This document shows, piece by piece, positions 41,065 through 56,345 of a stretch of DNA of 64,000 nucleotides. Each line of letters begins with the position of its first letter. The first letter of the stretch is position 1. Location of the stretch: the NCBI RefSeq assembly GCF_009914755.1, contig NC_060947.1, one strand, 5' to 3'. The position numbers and the translations under genes were made by a program. The notes under the pieces are model-generated. The model saw only the letters and a list, made by a program, of their open reading frames with translations. It did not search any database and was not told the DNA's origin. This stretch comes from the human T2T-CHM13v2.0 reference genome, Homo sapiens.

Positions 41065-41467
41065 TGTCAGGCCTCAGAGCCCAAGCTAAGCCATCATATC
41101 CCCTGTGATCTGCACGTACACATCCAGATGGCCGGTTCCTGCCTTAACTGATGACATTCCACCACAAAAGAAGTGAAAATGGCCTGTTCCTGCCTTAACT
41201 GATGACATTGTCTCGTGAAATTCCTTCTCCTGGCTCATCCTGACTCAAAAGCTCCCCCACTGAGTACCTTGTGACCCCCACTCCTGCCTGCCAGAGAACA
41301 ACCCCCCTTTTTCCTTTACCTACCCAAATCCTATAAAATGGCCCCACCCCATCTCCCTTCGCTGACTCTCTTTTCGGACTCAGCCCACCTGCACCCAGGT
41401 GAAATAAACAGCTGTATTGCTCACACAAAGCCTGTTTGGTGGTCTCTTCACACGGACATACATGAAA
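41065..41467 (+). terminator. 3' LTR7 with polyadenylation signal
   Basis: About 97% identical to the 5' LTR; AATAAA at 41403-41408. Confidence 0.93.
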
Positions 41468-42571
41468 GGAACCAGACCAAATCTTGAACACTCTGTTGCT
41501 TAGAATTTTTTTTTGCTAGATATGCTTAGTCATCACTCTTCATTTCAAACACCCACAGAACCCTAGGATGTGAACACTTTGCAGGCAAGCTCTTTCCTAG
41601 AATGTAACATTGGTGACCTTAACTCCAGTTTCAAATCACTTCGTTTCCATGTGAGACCTCATCAGCTTGGCCTTTACTGTCCATATTTCTATCAGCATTT
41701 TGTCCACAATCACTTAAAAATTATCTAAGAAGTTCCAAACGTTTCCTTATCTTCCTGTCTTCTTCTGAGCCCTCCAAACTCTTCCAACCTCTGCCTATTA
41801 CCCCATTCCAAAGTTTCTTTCACATTTTCAGGTATCTTTTTAGCAATGTCCCACTCCTCAGTACCAATTTTCTGTGTTAGTCCATTTTTACACCACTATA
41901 AGTTAATACCAGAGGCTGGGCAATTTATAAAGAAAAAAGGGTTAATTAGTTCATGATTATTCAGACTGTACTGAAAGCTTGGTTTTGCCATCTGCTCAGC
42001 TTCTAGTGACAACCTTAGGAAGGTTTCAGTCATGGCAGAAGGTGGAGGGGGAACAGACCTATCACACAGTGAGAGCCAGAGAAAGAGAGAGGAAAGGTGC
42101 TACACTCTTAAACAACCAGATCTCATATAAACTCATAGAGCAAATCTCACTTATTACTGCAAGGATATCACCAAGCTATTCATGAGGAATCTTCCCTCAT
42201 GACTCAAACACCTCCCACTAGGGCTACCTATTACGTTGGAGGCCAAATTTCAACACGAGATTTGGAGGGGACAAAACACCCAAACCATATCAAAACTTAC
42301 ACATACATAGTCAACTTTTTTTTAATAAAGGCATCAAGAATGCAAAATGGAAAAGGACAGACTCTACAATAAATACTGTTAGAAAAAGTGGATATCCATA
42401 TGCAAAATAATGCAATTGAAACTTTTTCTTACATCACACACAAAAATCCATTTTAAATGGATTTAAAAATTAAATGTAAGTAATGTAACCTAAAACTCCT
42501 AGAAGAAAACATAGTGGAAGAGATCCTTGACATTGGTCTTATCAAAGGCTTCCTGTATTTGAAATAAAAAC

Positions 42572-43205
42572 TGTCAGAGGCAATTGAATCAGAGTGACTA
42601 TATCATGAATAGGTGCCCAAGTAAAATAAGTCTGAGCCCTACTGGGTTGCATTCCCAGGAGGTAAAGCATTTTAAGTCACAGAATGAAATAGGAGGTCGG
42701 CAAAAGATACAGGTCACAAAGATGTTGCTGTTAAAACAGGTTGCATTAAAGAAGCAGGCCAAAACCCGCCAAAACCAAGATAGCAACAAAAGTAACCTCT
42801 GATCATCCTCACTGCTCATTATACACTAAGTTTAATGCATTAGAATACTAAAAGTCATTCCCACCAGTGCAATGACAGTTTACAGATGCCATGGCAATGT
42901 CCTTAAGTTACTCTATGTAGTCAAAAAAGAGGAGGAACACTCAGTTCTGGAAAGTGCCCACCCCTTTCCTGGAAAACTTGTGAATAATCCACCCCTTGTT
43001 TAGCATATACTAAAGAAAGATCCATAAGAATAGCCGACCAGCAGCCCTCGGGGCTGCTCTGCCTTTGGAGTAGCCATTCTTTAATTCTTTACTTTCTTAA
43101 TAAACTTGCTTTCACTTTACTCTATGTATTCACCTCAAATTCTTTCTTGTACAAGATCCAAGTACCCTCTCTTGGGGTCTGGATCAGGACCCCTTTCCAG
43201 TAACA
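42572..43205 (+). mobile_element. MER41B solo LTR
   Basis: tgtcagaggc...tttccagtaaca, 634 bp; 4-bp TSD AAAC (42568-42571 and 43206-43209); contains the GAS-bearing segment. Confidence 0.9.
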
Positions 43206-43924
43206 AAACTAAAGGCAAGAAAATAAAAAATAAACAAGTGGAACTACATCAAACTAAAAAGCTGCTCCACATCAAAGGAAGCAATCAACAAAATGGAAAA
43301 GCAACCTATGGAATCAAAGATGTTTGTAAACAACATACCCAATAAGAAGTTAATGTCCAAAAATATAAAATTACAACTCAAAAGCAAAAAATTCCAAATA
43401 CTCAATTAAAAAAGGGGAAATGACATGAATAGACATTTCTTAAAGAAGACATACAAATGACTAATAAGTATATAAAAATACATTCAGCGTTACTACCCAT
43501 CAGGGAAATGAAAATCAAAACCACAATGATAGATCAGCTCACACCTGTTAGAATGTCTATAACTTAAAAAGTTCATGGATAACAAGTGTTGGTTAGAATG
43601 TAAGGAAAAAGGAACTTTTATATACTGTTGGTAGAAAGGTATATTGGTATATCCATTATGGAAAACTGTATGGAGGTTGCTCAAACAATTAAAAATAGAG
43701 CTATCATATGATCCAACAATCCTATCTCTAGGTATACATACAAAGGAAAAAATATCACTATATTGAAGAGATATATGCAGTCCTATGTCCATTGCAGCAT
43801 TATTCACAATCGCCAAAATGTGAAAACAACCTAAGTATCTGCCTATAGATGGAATGGATAAACATAATTTGATGTGTGTGTGTTTATAAAATTAAGCCTT
43901 ATAAAAGAAGGAAATATCTTTAAT

Positions 43925-47110
<3,186 letters not shown>

Positions 47111-47184
47111 GAAGACCTATACATTTTAATAAACTGTCTTCTGCTTTATCAAGATAATAAGTAACTTATTCTTGGGATGGAAAC

Positions 47185-50100
47185 ATTGCCAGATGGCAAA
47201 CTACAAGGTTCCATTAACCATCTCCACTGCAAAAGCAGCAATTTAACAAATATATACACAAGAAAAGCACCTTCTTAAGAACCAATAATCAAGGGAGGAC
47301 TTATATACCTGGTCTTAACTTCATATCGCTGAGAGGCACTGAAGAGGTAGAAAAACCAGTACTGAATCACCAATGCCATCCCTCCCCCACCAACTGGCAT
47401 CCAAGGTGTGGTGCAGAAAATGATTCTGTGTGCTGGGGGAGGGAAAGTGCAGCAATTTTGAGACATTGAACTCAATGCCTTCCTGTTATACCAGAAATAA
47501 AAACTGGACCAAACTCAGCTGCCGCCCACCAATGGAGGGAGCATTTAAACCAGCCCTAGCCTGAGGGGAATTGCTTATCTCAGAGGTGGAAGCCTGGCCT
47601 CTCACAGACCTCATCACCGTAGGATAAACTGATATAGACTCTAAAAAAATTTGAAAGGCAGTCTAGGCCAAAGGACTGCAACATTAGGTGAGTCTTAGTG
47701 CTGAACTGAGCCAAGAACCAGGAGACGGGGGGACATGACCTACTGAGACACTAGATGGAGCAACTAAGGGAGTGCTGGCATTTCCAAAATCCTAGGTTGC
47801 ACAGCTTCCAGCTCCAAAAGAGACTCCTTTCTTCTGCTTTAGAAAAGGAGAGGGAAGAATGGGGGAGACTTTGTCTTGCATCTTGGATACCAGCTCAGCA
47901 AAAGCAGGATAGGGCAATGATGAGGGTCATGAGGTTCTCTTTCCAGGCCCTAGCAACCAGATGACATTTCCAGACATACCCTGGGCAAAAATGGAACAAC
48001 ACACTCTGCTGCCTTGAGAGGAAAGACTTAGTTTTGCTAGAATTCATCATGGCTGACTTAAGACCCCTTTAGCCCAGAATAACCAGAAGTGATACTACTA
48101 CATCGAGGAACTTGGGTGAGGCTTTGAGACTCGCTGGCTTCAGGTGAGACTCAGCACATTTCCAGCTGTGGTGACTGTGGCAAGAGACTTTTTCTGCTTG
48201 ACAAAACAGAGGGAAAAGTAAAGGTGACTTTGTCTTGCACCTTAGGTACGAACTTTGCCACAGAGAGGTAGAACACCAAGCGATCATGTGGGTTTTCTGA
48301 TTCCAGATCATGGCCCTTGGACATTTTAGGACCTGCTTAGGGCCAGAGGGGAGTCCACTGCCCAGAAGTTGAGTCATAAGCCAGGCAGTATTCATCACAA
48401 GCTGACTGCAGAGCACTTGGCCTTAAGGAAACATTGGTAGTAGTCTGGCATTACTCCTTGGGGACCTGCTGTGGCAGTAGCCATGGGGTAAGGCTCCTCT
48501 TTCTTTGGAAAGGAGAGGGAAGAGTGAGAAGGACTGCATCATCTGGCCTGAGTGCCAGCTCAGGAATAGTACAATAGAACACCAGGTAGATTTCTAATGT
48601 TTTTGACTCTAGTTCTTGGCACCTCTGGAACCACCTTGGGACTGTGGGAATCCCTGCCCTGAAGGAAAGAACACAGGCCTGACTGACTTTACAACCTGCT
48701 TACTATAGAGCTTCAGGGCCTTGAGGAAACTTAGGTAGTATCCAGGTAGTGGTTATAGCAGACCTTGTATGAGGCCCAGTGTTATTCTGGCTTTGTTCTG
48801 ACCCAGCACAGTCATATTAGTGATGGCCACAGGGGTGCTTGTGTCATTCCACCCCCAGATTTAGGTGGCTCAGGAGAGAGTTAGAGAGAGAATGAGAGAG
48901 AGAGAGAAAGAGAGACTCTTTCTTTGGGAGAAAGTAAGGTAAGAGAACAAGAGTCTTTCCCTGGTAATCTAGAGAATTCTCCCAGATCTTATACAAGAAT
49001 ATTAAGTTGAAACCTCTTGGAGTCTACAAGAACCACAACATTACTGGGCTTGAGGTGCCCCCAAAAGCAGATACAGCTTAGATCACAACATCAAAGTACT
49101 TCTGAATATCTGGAAATCTTTTCCAGAGAGGATGGATGCAAACAAGCTCAGACAGTGAGGACTACTATACCTAACTCTTAAATGCTCAGGCATTAAAGAA
49201 TATCTACACATATCAAGACATTCCAGGAAAACATGACCTCACCAAATGACCTAAATAAGTCCCCAGGAACCAACCCTGGATAAACAGAGTCATGCGACCT
49301 TTCAGACAGATAATTCAAAGTACTTGTGTGGAGGAAACTCAAAGAAATTTAAGATAACAAAGAGAAGAAATTTAGAATGCTATCAGATAAACTTAACAAA
49401 GAGATTGAAATAATTAAAAATAAACTAGCAAAAATTCTGGAGCTAAAATGCAATTGGCATACTGAAGAATGCATCCGTCTTTTTTCTTTTCTTTTCTTTT
49501 CTTTTCCTTTTTTTTTTTTTTTTTTTTTGAGACAGGCTGGAATGCAATGGCACAATCTCTGCTCAATGCAACCTCCGTCTCCCAGATTCAAGCCATCCTC
49601 CTGCCTCAGCCTCCCACATCCTCTTTCAATAGCAGAATTTATCAAATAGTAGAATGGATAACTTGAAGAGAGGCTATTTGTAAATATACAGTCAGAGGAG
49701 ACAAAAGGAAATAGAATACAATGAATAAACCAACAAAACATGCCTGCAACTTAAAAGATAGCCTCAAAGGGCAAATTTAAGAGTTATTGGCCTTAAAGAA
49801 TAGGTAGAAAAAGTCATAGTGGTAGAAATTTTATTCAAAGGAATAATAACTGAGAACTTCACAAACCTAGAGAATGGTATCAATATCCAAGTATGAGAAC
49901 GTTTTAGAACACCAAGCAGATTTAACCCAAAGAAGACTTCCTCAAAGCATTTAATATTCAAACTCCCAAAGGTCAAAGATAAAGAAAGGGTCCTAAAAGC
50001 AGCAAGAGAAAAGAAATAAATAACATGCAATGGAGCTCCAATACATCTGACAGCAGACTTTTTAGTGGAAACCTTACAGTTCAGGAGAGAAGGAGAGAAT

Positions 50101-50241
50101 GGCATGATATATTTAAAGTGCTGAAGGAAAAAAACAAAGAAACAAACAAAAAAAAAACTATTACCCTCTAATAATATATCCAAAGAAAATATCCTTCAAA
50201 CATGAAGGGGAAATAAAAACTCCCAGAGAAACAAAAGCTGA
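47185..50241 (+). mobile_element. L1M1/L1MA1-3-type 5' UTR and ORF1
   Basis: Long 5' UTR, then ORF1 remnants 'aaagcagcaagagaaaag', 'atatccttcaaacatgaagg', 'aaacaaaagctga'. Confidence 0.8.
49480..49616 (-). mobile_element. 5'-truncated Alu right-arm fragment with (CTTTT)n/T tail
   Basis: 'gagacaggctggaatgcaatggcac...cctgcctcagcctccc'; degenerate TSD catccgtcttt / catcctcttt. Confidence 0.82.
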
Positions 50242-52020
50242 TAACAACTTAACACTATTCACACAAACAAACACACAAACACGCAAAAAGAAAACAAATA
50301 AACTTGCCTTAACTTTGTCGCCTCTCTTTTTACCTTTTTCATATTTATATTTTCTTGTACTGACTATGTCTTGAAAAGTTGTAGCTATTATTTTTTATTT
50401 TCTTTCATTCAGTCTTTCTACTTGAGTTGTTTACACAGCACAGTTACAGTGTTAAACTACTTAAAATATTCTGTGTTTTTCTGTGTACTTATGATTACCA
50501 GTAAACTTTCTACCTTCAGGTGATTATTTAGCGCTCATTAATTTCTTTTCTTTTTGATTGAAGTGTGTACCCTTTATCATTTATCGTAGGATGGGTTTGG
50601 TATTGATGACATTGCTCAGCTTTTGTTTGTCTGGGAAAATCTTTATTTCCCCTTCATATTTGAAGGATATTTTTACCTGATATATTATTCTAGGCTGAAA
50701 GGCTTTTTTTCCCCTTCAGCATTTTTAATATGCCATGTCATGTCATTATCTCCTGGTCTGTAAATTTTTCATAAAAAATTCTGCAGCCATTTGTATTGGA
50801 GCTCCATTGTACGTTTGTTTGTTTGTTTGTTTGTTTGTTTTTTTGTTTACTCTTGCTGCTTTTAGAACCCTTTATTGTTGACCCTTGGGAGTTTGATTTT
50901 TAAATGCCTTGAAGTAGTCTTCTTTGGGTTAAATATGCTTGGTGTTCTGTTACCTACTTTCATTTGGATATTGGTATCTCTAGATTTGGGACATTGTCTG
51001 TTATTAACCCACTGAATATGCTTTCAACTCCTCTTTGACTCTTCTTTAAGGTCAATAGCCCTTAGATTTGACTTTTTAGGATATTTTCGAGATCATGCAG
51101 GCATGGTCCATAGGTTTTTTAAAATTCTTTTTGATCTCCTCTGACTGTGTACTTTTAAATATCCTGTGCTTAAGCTCACTAGTTATTTCTTATATTTTAT
51201 CCAATCTGCTATTGAAGAACTCCAATGCATTCCTCAGTACACCAATTGCATTCTTCAGCTCCAGAACTTCTGCTTGACTCTTTCCACACCTGGCCAAGAG
51301 GAGTACTGCCAGACTAACTATGTTCCTTTAGGCCCAAGCTCTCTTAAGCCAGCCTGTGGTGAATGCTGCCTGGCCTGGTAATCACCCTTCAGAACGGTAG
51401 GCCTCTCCCTGGCCCAAGGCAGGTCCAAAAATATCATGTAAGAGTCAAGCCCTGGAATCAGGGACTCCAAGAGCCTGCTTGGTGTTCTATGCCCCTGTGG
51501 TGGTGTTGGTACCTAAAGTCCAAGAAAAAGTCCCTTTTACTTTTCCCTCTGCTTTTTTCAAGCAGTTTTGCCCCAAAGCCACACAGTTGGTAATGTGCTG
51601 AATCTCACCTGAAGCCAGCAAGTCTCAAAGGCCCACTAAGGCCTCTGATGTAGTATCTGGGTATTACTCCTTGTTATTCAGGGCCCAAGACCTCTTCAGT
51701 TAGCAGATTATGAATGCTGCCATGACCGTGTTTTTTTTTGTTTGTTTGTTTGTTTGTTTTAAGCAGCAGTTTTTCCTGTGGCCCAGGGTGTGTCTAGAAA
51801 TGTCATATTGGTACTTGAAACTGAAATGGGGGCCTTATGACTCTGACTGGTGCCCTATTATGCTGTGGCTGAGCTGGTATTCAAGATGCATGCTAAAGTC
51901 TTCCCTCTCCTCTCCTCAAGTAAAAAAAAAATGGGCCTTTTTAAGAGACAGGAGCTGTGAAGCCTGGTGTTAGGTGAGGGGTGATGTCAGCACTCCCTTG
52001 TCTGCCCAAGCTTGTGTGCT
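50242..52020 (-). mobile_element. Inverted L1M1-type segment (inter-ORF region, ORF1, part of 5' UTR)
   Basis: Reverse-complement homology to 48250-50240, for example 'tcagcttttgtttgtctgggaa' and 'tttgaaggatatttt'. Confidence 0.8.
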
Positions 52021-55000
52021 AGTACGATAAAGCAGTCAATTCAGCAAGAAGAATAACAACTTCGAATACATATTCACCCAAAACTGAAGCACCAAGATAT
52101 ATAAAGCAAATAAATATTAGTGCTAAAGAGAGAGATAGGCTCCAATATAATAATAGCTGAAGACTTTAACATCCCACTTTTATTACTGTATAGATCTTCC
52201 AGAGAAAATCAAAACAAAAAAGTCATACTTAACCTGCAATACAGACCAAATGGATCTAACTGATATTTATAGAATATTTCTTCCAAAAGCTGCAAGATAT
52301 ACATTTGTTTTACCACAATGATTATTCTCAAGGATAGACTATATGTTAGGTCACAAACAAGCTTTAAAACATTCAGAAAAATGAAATAATATCAAGTATT
52401 TTCTCTTACTATGATGGAATAAACTACACGTTAATAACAAAGGAATTTTAGAATCTATACAAGTAAATGAAAATTAAACAATATGCTCCTGAATGACCGG
52501 TGGATCAATGAAGAGATTAAGAAGAAAATTGAAAAATATCATGAATCAAATGATAATGGAAAAACAACATACTTTAATTAGTCTGTTCTTGTATAACTAT
52601 AATGAAATACTTGACACTGTGTAATTTATATAAAAAAGAGGTTAAATTGGCTCATTGTTCTTCAGGATGTAGAGAAAGCATATTGGCTTTTGATTCTAGG
52701 GAGGCCTCAGAAAACTTACAGTCAATAAACTTACAATAGCAGAAGGCATACGGAAAGCAGGCACATCTAACATGGCTGGTGCAGAAGAAAGAGAGAGCAT
52801 GGGGAGGTACCACACACTTTTAAATGAACAAACCTTATGAATACTCTATTATGAGAATATCACAAAAGAGATTGTTCTCAGCTATTTATAAAATTACACG
52901 CCCATGGGACCCACCTTCATTATTGAAGAATACAATTGAACATGAGATTTGGGTGGGGAAACAAATCTAAACCACATCAATATGAAAACTTATGGGATAC
53001 AGCAAAAGATGTGTGAAGAGGGAAGTTTGTATCTATAAATGCCTACATCAAAAAAGAAAAAAAAATCGAATAAACAATCTAATGATGCATATTAAAGAAC
53101 TAGAAAAGCAAGAGCAAACCAAACTCAAAATTAGTAGTAGAAATAATAAAGATCTGAGTAGAAATAAATAAAATTGAAATAAAAAACAACACCAAAGAAC
53201 AATGGAACTAAAATTGGTTTATTGCAAATTTCAACAAAAATGACAAACCTCTACCCAGACTAAATAAGAAAAAAAAAAAAAAAGAAATGCAATTTAAAAA
53301 ATCAGAAGTGTAAAGGAGACATTATAGCTGATACTGCAGAAATTCGAAGGATCATTAGTGGCTACTATGAGTAACTATATGCCTCCAAAATTGGAAAATC
53401 TACAAGCAATGGAAAAATTCCTATATATATTCAACCTACTAAGATTGAACCAGGAAGAAATCCAAAACCTGAACAGACCAATAATAAGCAACAAGATAGA
53501 AGCTGTAATAAAGACTCTCCCAGTGAAAAAAAGCCTGGGACCCGATGGCATCACTGTTGAATTCTACCAAACATTTAAAGAAGAATTAATACCAATCCTC
53601 CTCAAACTATGCCAAAAGATAGAGGAGGAGGGAATACTTTCAAACATATTTTATGAGGCTGGTATTACCCTGATACCAAAACCAGACAATGACACATCAA
53701 TGAAAGAATACAGGCCAATATTTCCGATAAATATTGATGCAAAAATCCTCAACAAAATACTAGCAAACTGTACTCATTAATACATTAGAAACATCATTCG
53801 TCATGACCAAGTGGGCTTTATCCCGGGGGTGCAAGTATGGTTCAACATACACAAATCTATCAACATAATACATCACATAAACAGAAGGTGATTGATGCTG
53901 AAAAAGGGTTTGATGCAATTAAAAGTCCCCTCTGGAAAACAAAACAAAACAAAACAAACTCATAAAACTAAGAAGAAAAGAAACATACCTCAACATAATT
54001 AAATCCATATATAATAGGCCTACAGCTAGTGTCATACTCAATGGGTATAAACAAAAAACTTTTCCTCTAAGATCTGGAACATGACAAAGATGTTCACTGT
54101 CACCATTGTTATTCAACATAATATTGGAAGTCCTAGCTAGAGCAGTCAGAAAAGAGATGGACATAAAAGGCATCGAAAGTGGAAAGAAAGAAGTCCAACT
54201 ATTCTTGTTTTCACAAAATATGATGTTATATTTATAAGAACCTAAAGGCTCCACATGAAATTTATTAGAACTCATAAACAAATTCAATAAAGTTGTAGAA
54301 TACAAATTCAACTTACAAAAATAAGTAGCATTTATATATGACAACAGTGAGCAATGTGAGTTAGATATTCAAAAAGTAAACCTATTTACAGTAGCTACAT
54401 AAAATTAAATACCTGGGAATTAACCAAAAAATAATTGATCTCTATAATAATAACTATAAAATACTGATGAAAGAAATTAAAGATTACACCAAAAAATAGA
54501 AAAAAAAATTCCATGTTCATGAATTGGAAGCATCAATAATGTTAAGATGTCCATTCTACCCAAAACGATCTATGTATTCAATGCAGTCCTTACCAAAATA
54601 CCAATGACATTCTTCACTGAAATATAAAAACAAGTCTAAAATTTATATGGAATCCCAAAAGACCCAAAAAAAGCCAAAGCTATACTAAGCAAAAAGAACA
54701 AAACTGGAGGAATTAAATTACCTGACATCAAATTATACTGCATAGCTATTGTAACCAAAACAGCATGTTACTGGCATAAAAACAGACACATAGACCAATG
54801 AAACAGAACAGAGAACCCAGTGACAAATTCACATACCTACAGTGAACTTGTTTTTGACAAAGGTCCTATGAACATACACTGGGGAAAACACCATCACTTA
54901 AATAAATGGTGCTGGGAAAACTGGATATTCATGTGCAGAATAAAACTAGACCCCTAAATCTCGGCATATGCAAAAATCAAATCAACATGGATTAAAGACT

Positions 55001-56345
55001 GAAATCTTATGCCTTTAGCTATGAAACTAATACAAGGAAACATTGGGTAAAATCTCCAGAACATTGATCTGGGCAAAACTTCTTGAGCAATATCCCCACA
55101 AGCACAGGCAACCAAAGCAAAAATGGACAAACTGGGTCACAGCAAATTTAAAAGCTTCTGCACGGCAAAAGATATAATCAACAAAGTGAAGAGAAAGCCT
55201 ACAAAATGGGAGAAATATTTGAAAACTACCCACCTGACAAGGGATTAATAACCAGAATATGCAAGAAGCTCACAAAACTCCCTGGTATACTGTTGGTGGG
55301 AATATGAATTAGAAATATCTACTATGGAGAACAGTTTGGAGGTTCCTCAAAATACTAAAAATAGAGCTACATATGATCCAACAAGCCCATTATTGGGTAT
55401 ATACACATAAGAAATTAAATCAGTATATCAAAGGCATATCTGTACTCTCACGTTTGTTGCAGAACTGTTCACAATAGTCAAGATTTGGAAGCAATCTGTG
55501 TCCATCAACAGATTAATGGATAAAGAAAATGTGGCACATACACACAATGGAGTACTATTTAGCCATACAAAAGAATGATATCCTGTTATTTGAAACAACA
55601 TGGATGTAAGTGGAGATCATTAGGTAGAATAAGCCAGACACAGAGAGACAAACATTGCATGTTCATTTTTTCATACGGTATGAAATAAGAACATCATGGA
55701 GAATGAGTTATCCATTCTCTCAAGCATTTATCCTTTGAGTTACAAACAATCCAATTATACTCTTTAAGTTATTTTAAAATGTACAATTAAGTTATTACTG
55801 ATGATTACTTACTTGTGGGATCTAAAAGTAAAAAAATTGAACACATGGAAAGTAGAAGAATACATTTCCCAGATGCTGGGAAATGTAAGGGTGTTGGTGG
55901 AGGAAGGAGGGAAAGTTAATGGGTACAAAAATAGGAGAATGAATAAGACCTACTATTTGACAGCACAATAGTGTGACCACTGTCAATAATAACATAATTA
56001 TACATTTCAAAATAACTTAAAGGTGTATAATTGGATTGCTTTTAACTCAAAAATTAAGTGGTTGAGGGACCGGATACCCCTTTCTCCACGATATGATTAT
56101 GAATACATAGTACTTGATAGCAAAACAGGATCATTATAGTCAACATAATTTAATTATACATTTCAAAATAACTTTAAAAGTCTAATTTGATTGTTATACA
56201 AAGGATAAATGCTTGAGCAGATATATACCCCATTTTCCAGGATGTAATTATTACATATTGCATGCCTATATTAAAACATCTTATGTGCCCCATAAATATA
56301 TACACCTACTATACACCTCCAAAAATTAAAAATAATAAAAAGATA
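52021..56345 (+). mobile_element. L1MA1/2-type ORF2 and 3' UTR
   Basis: ORF 53358-53780 ([21 protein letters not shown]...[13 protein letters not shown]); L1MA-type 3' UTR ending in an A-rich tail. Confidence 0.87.
52573..52979 (-). mobile_element. MSTA-like solo LTR inside L1 ORF2
   Basis: 'attagtctgttctt...gaggcctcagaaaacttaca...catgagatttgggtggggaaacaaatctaaaccacatca'. Confidence 0.85.

Larger units (their letters stand above)
35862..41467 (+). mobile_element. HERV-H provirus, common deleted form (about 5.6 kb; pol deletions, env mostly absent)
   Basis: Two 403-bp LTR7 LTRs, His-tRNA PBS, PPT aagaagacaggaa (41052-41064), exact TSD GGAAC (35857-35861 and 41468-41472). Confidence 0.97.
35200..42292 (-). 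mobile_element. MSTB-like MaLR: 5' LTR (41873-42292) plus partial internal region (35200-35861 and 41468-41872), split by HERV-H; 3' LTR absent
   Basis: MaLR internal ORF remnants (35409-35810 'CKSLENLQP'); 'gtaccaattttc|tgtgttagtcc' internal/LTR junction; LTR ends aaaccatatca. Confidence 0.85.
31000..43920 (+). mobile_element. Fragmented L1MA-type element hosting the minisatellite, MST elements, HERV-H and MER41B
   Basis: Probable 5' UTR remnant about 31005-31600; collinear decayed ORF2 at 31850-33780, 34440-34770, 35095-35200, 42293-42571 and 43206-43920. Confidence 0.75.
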
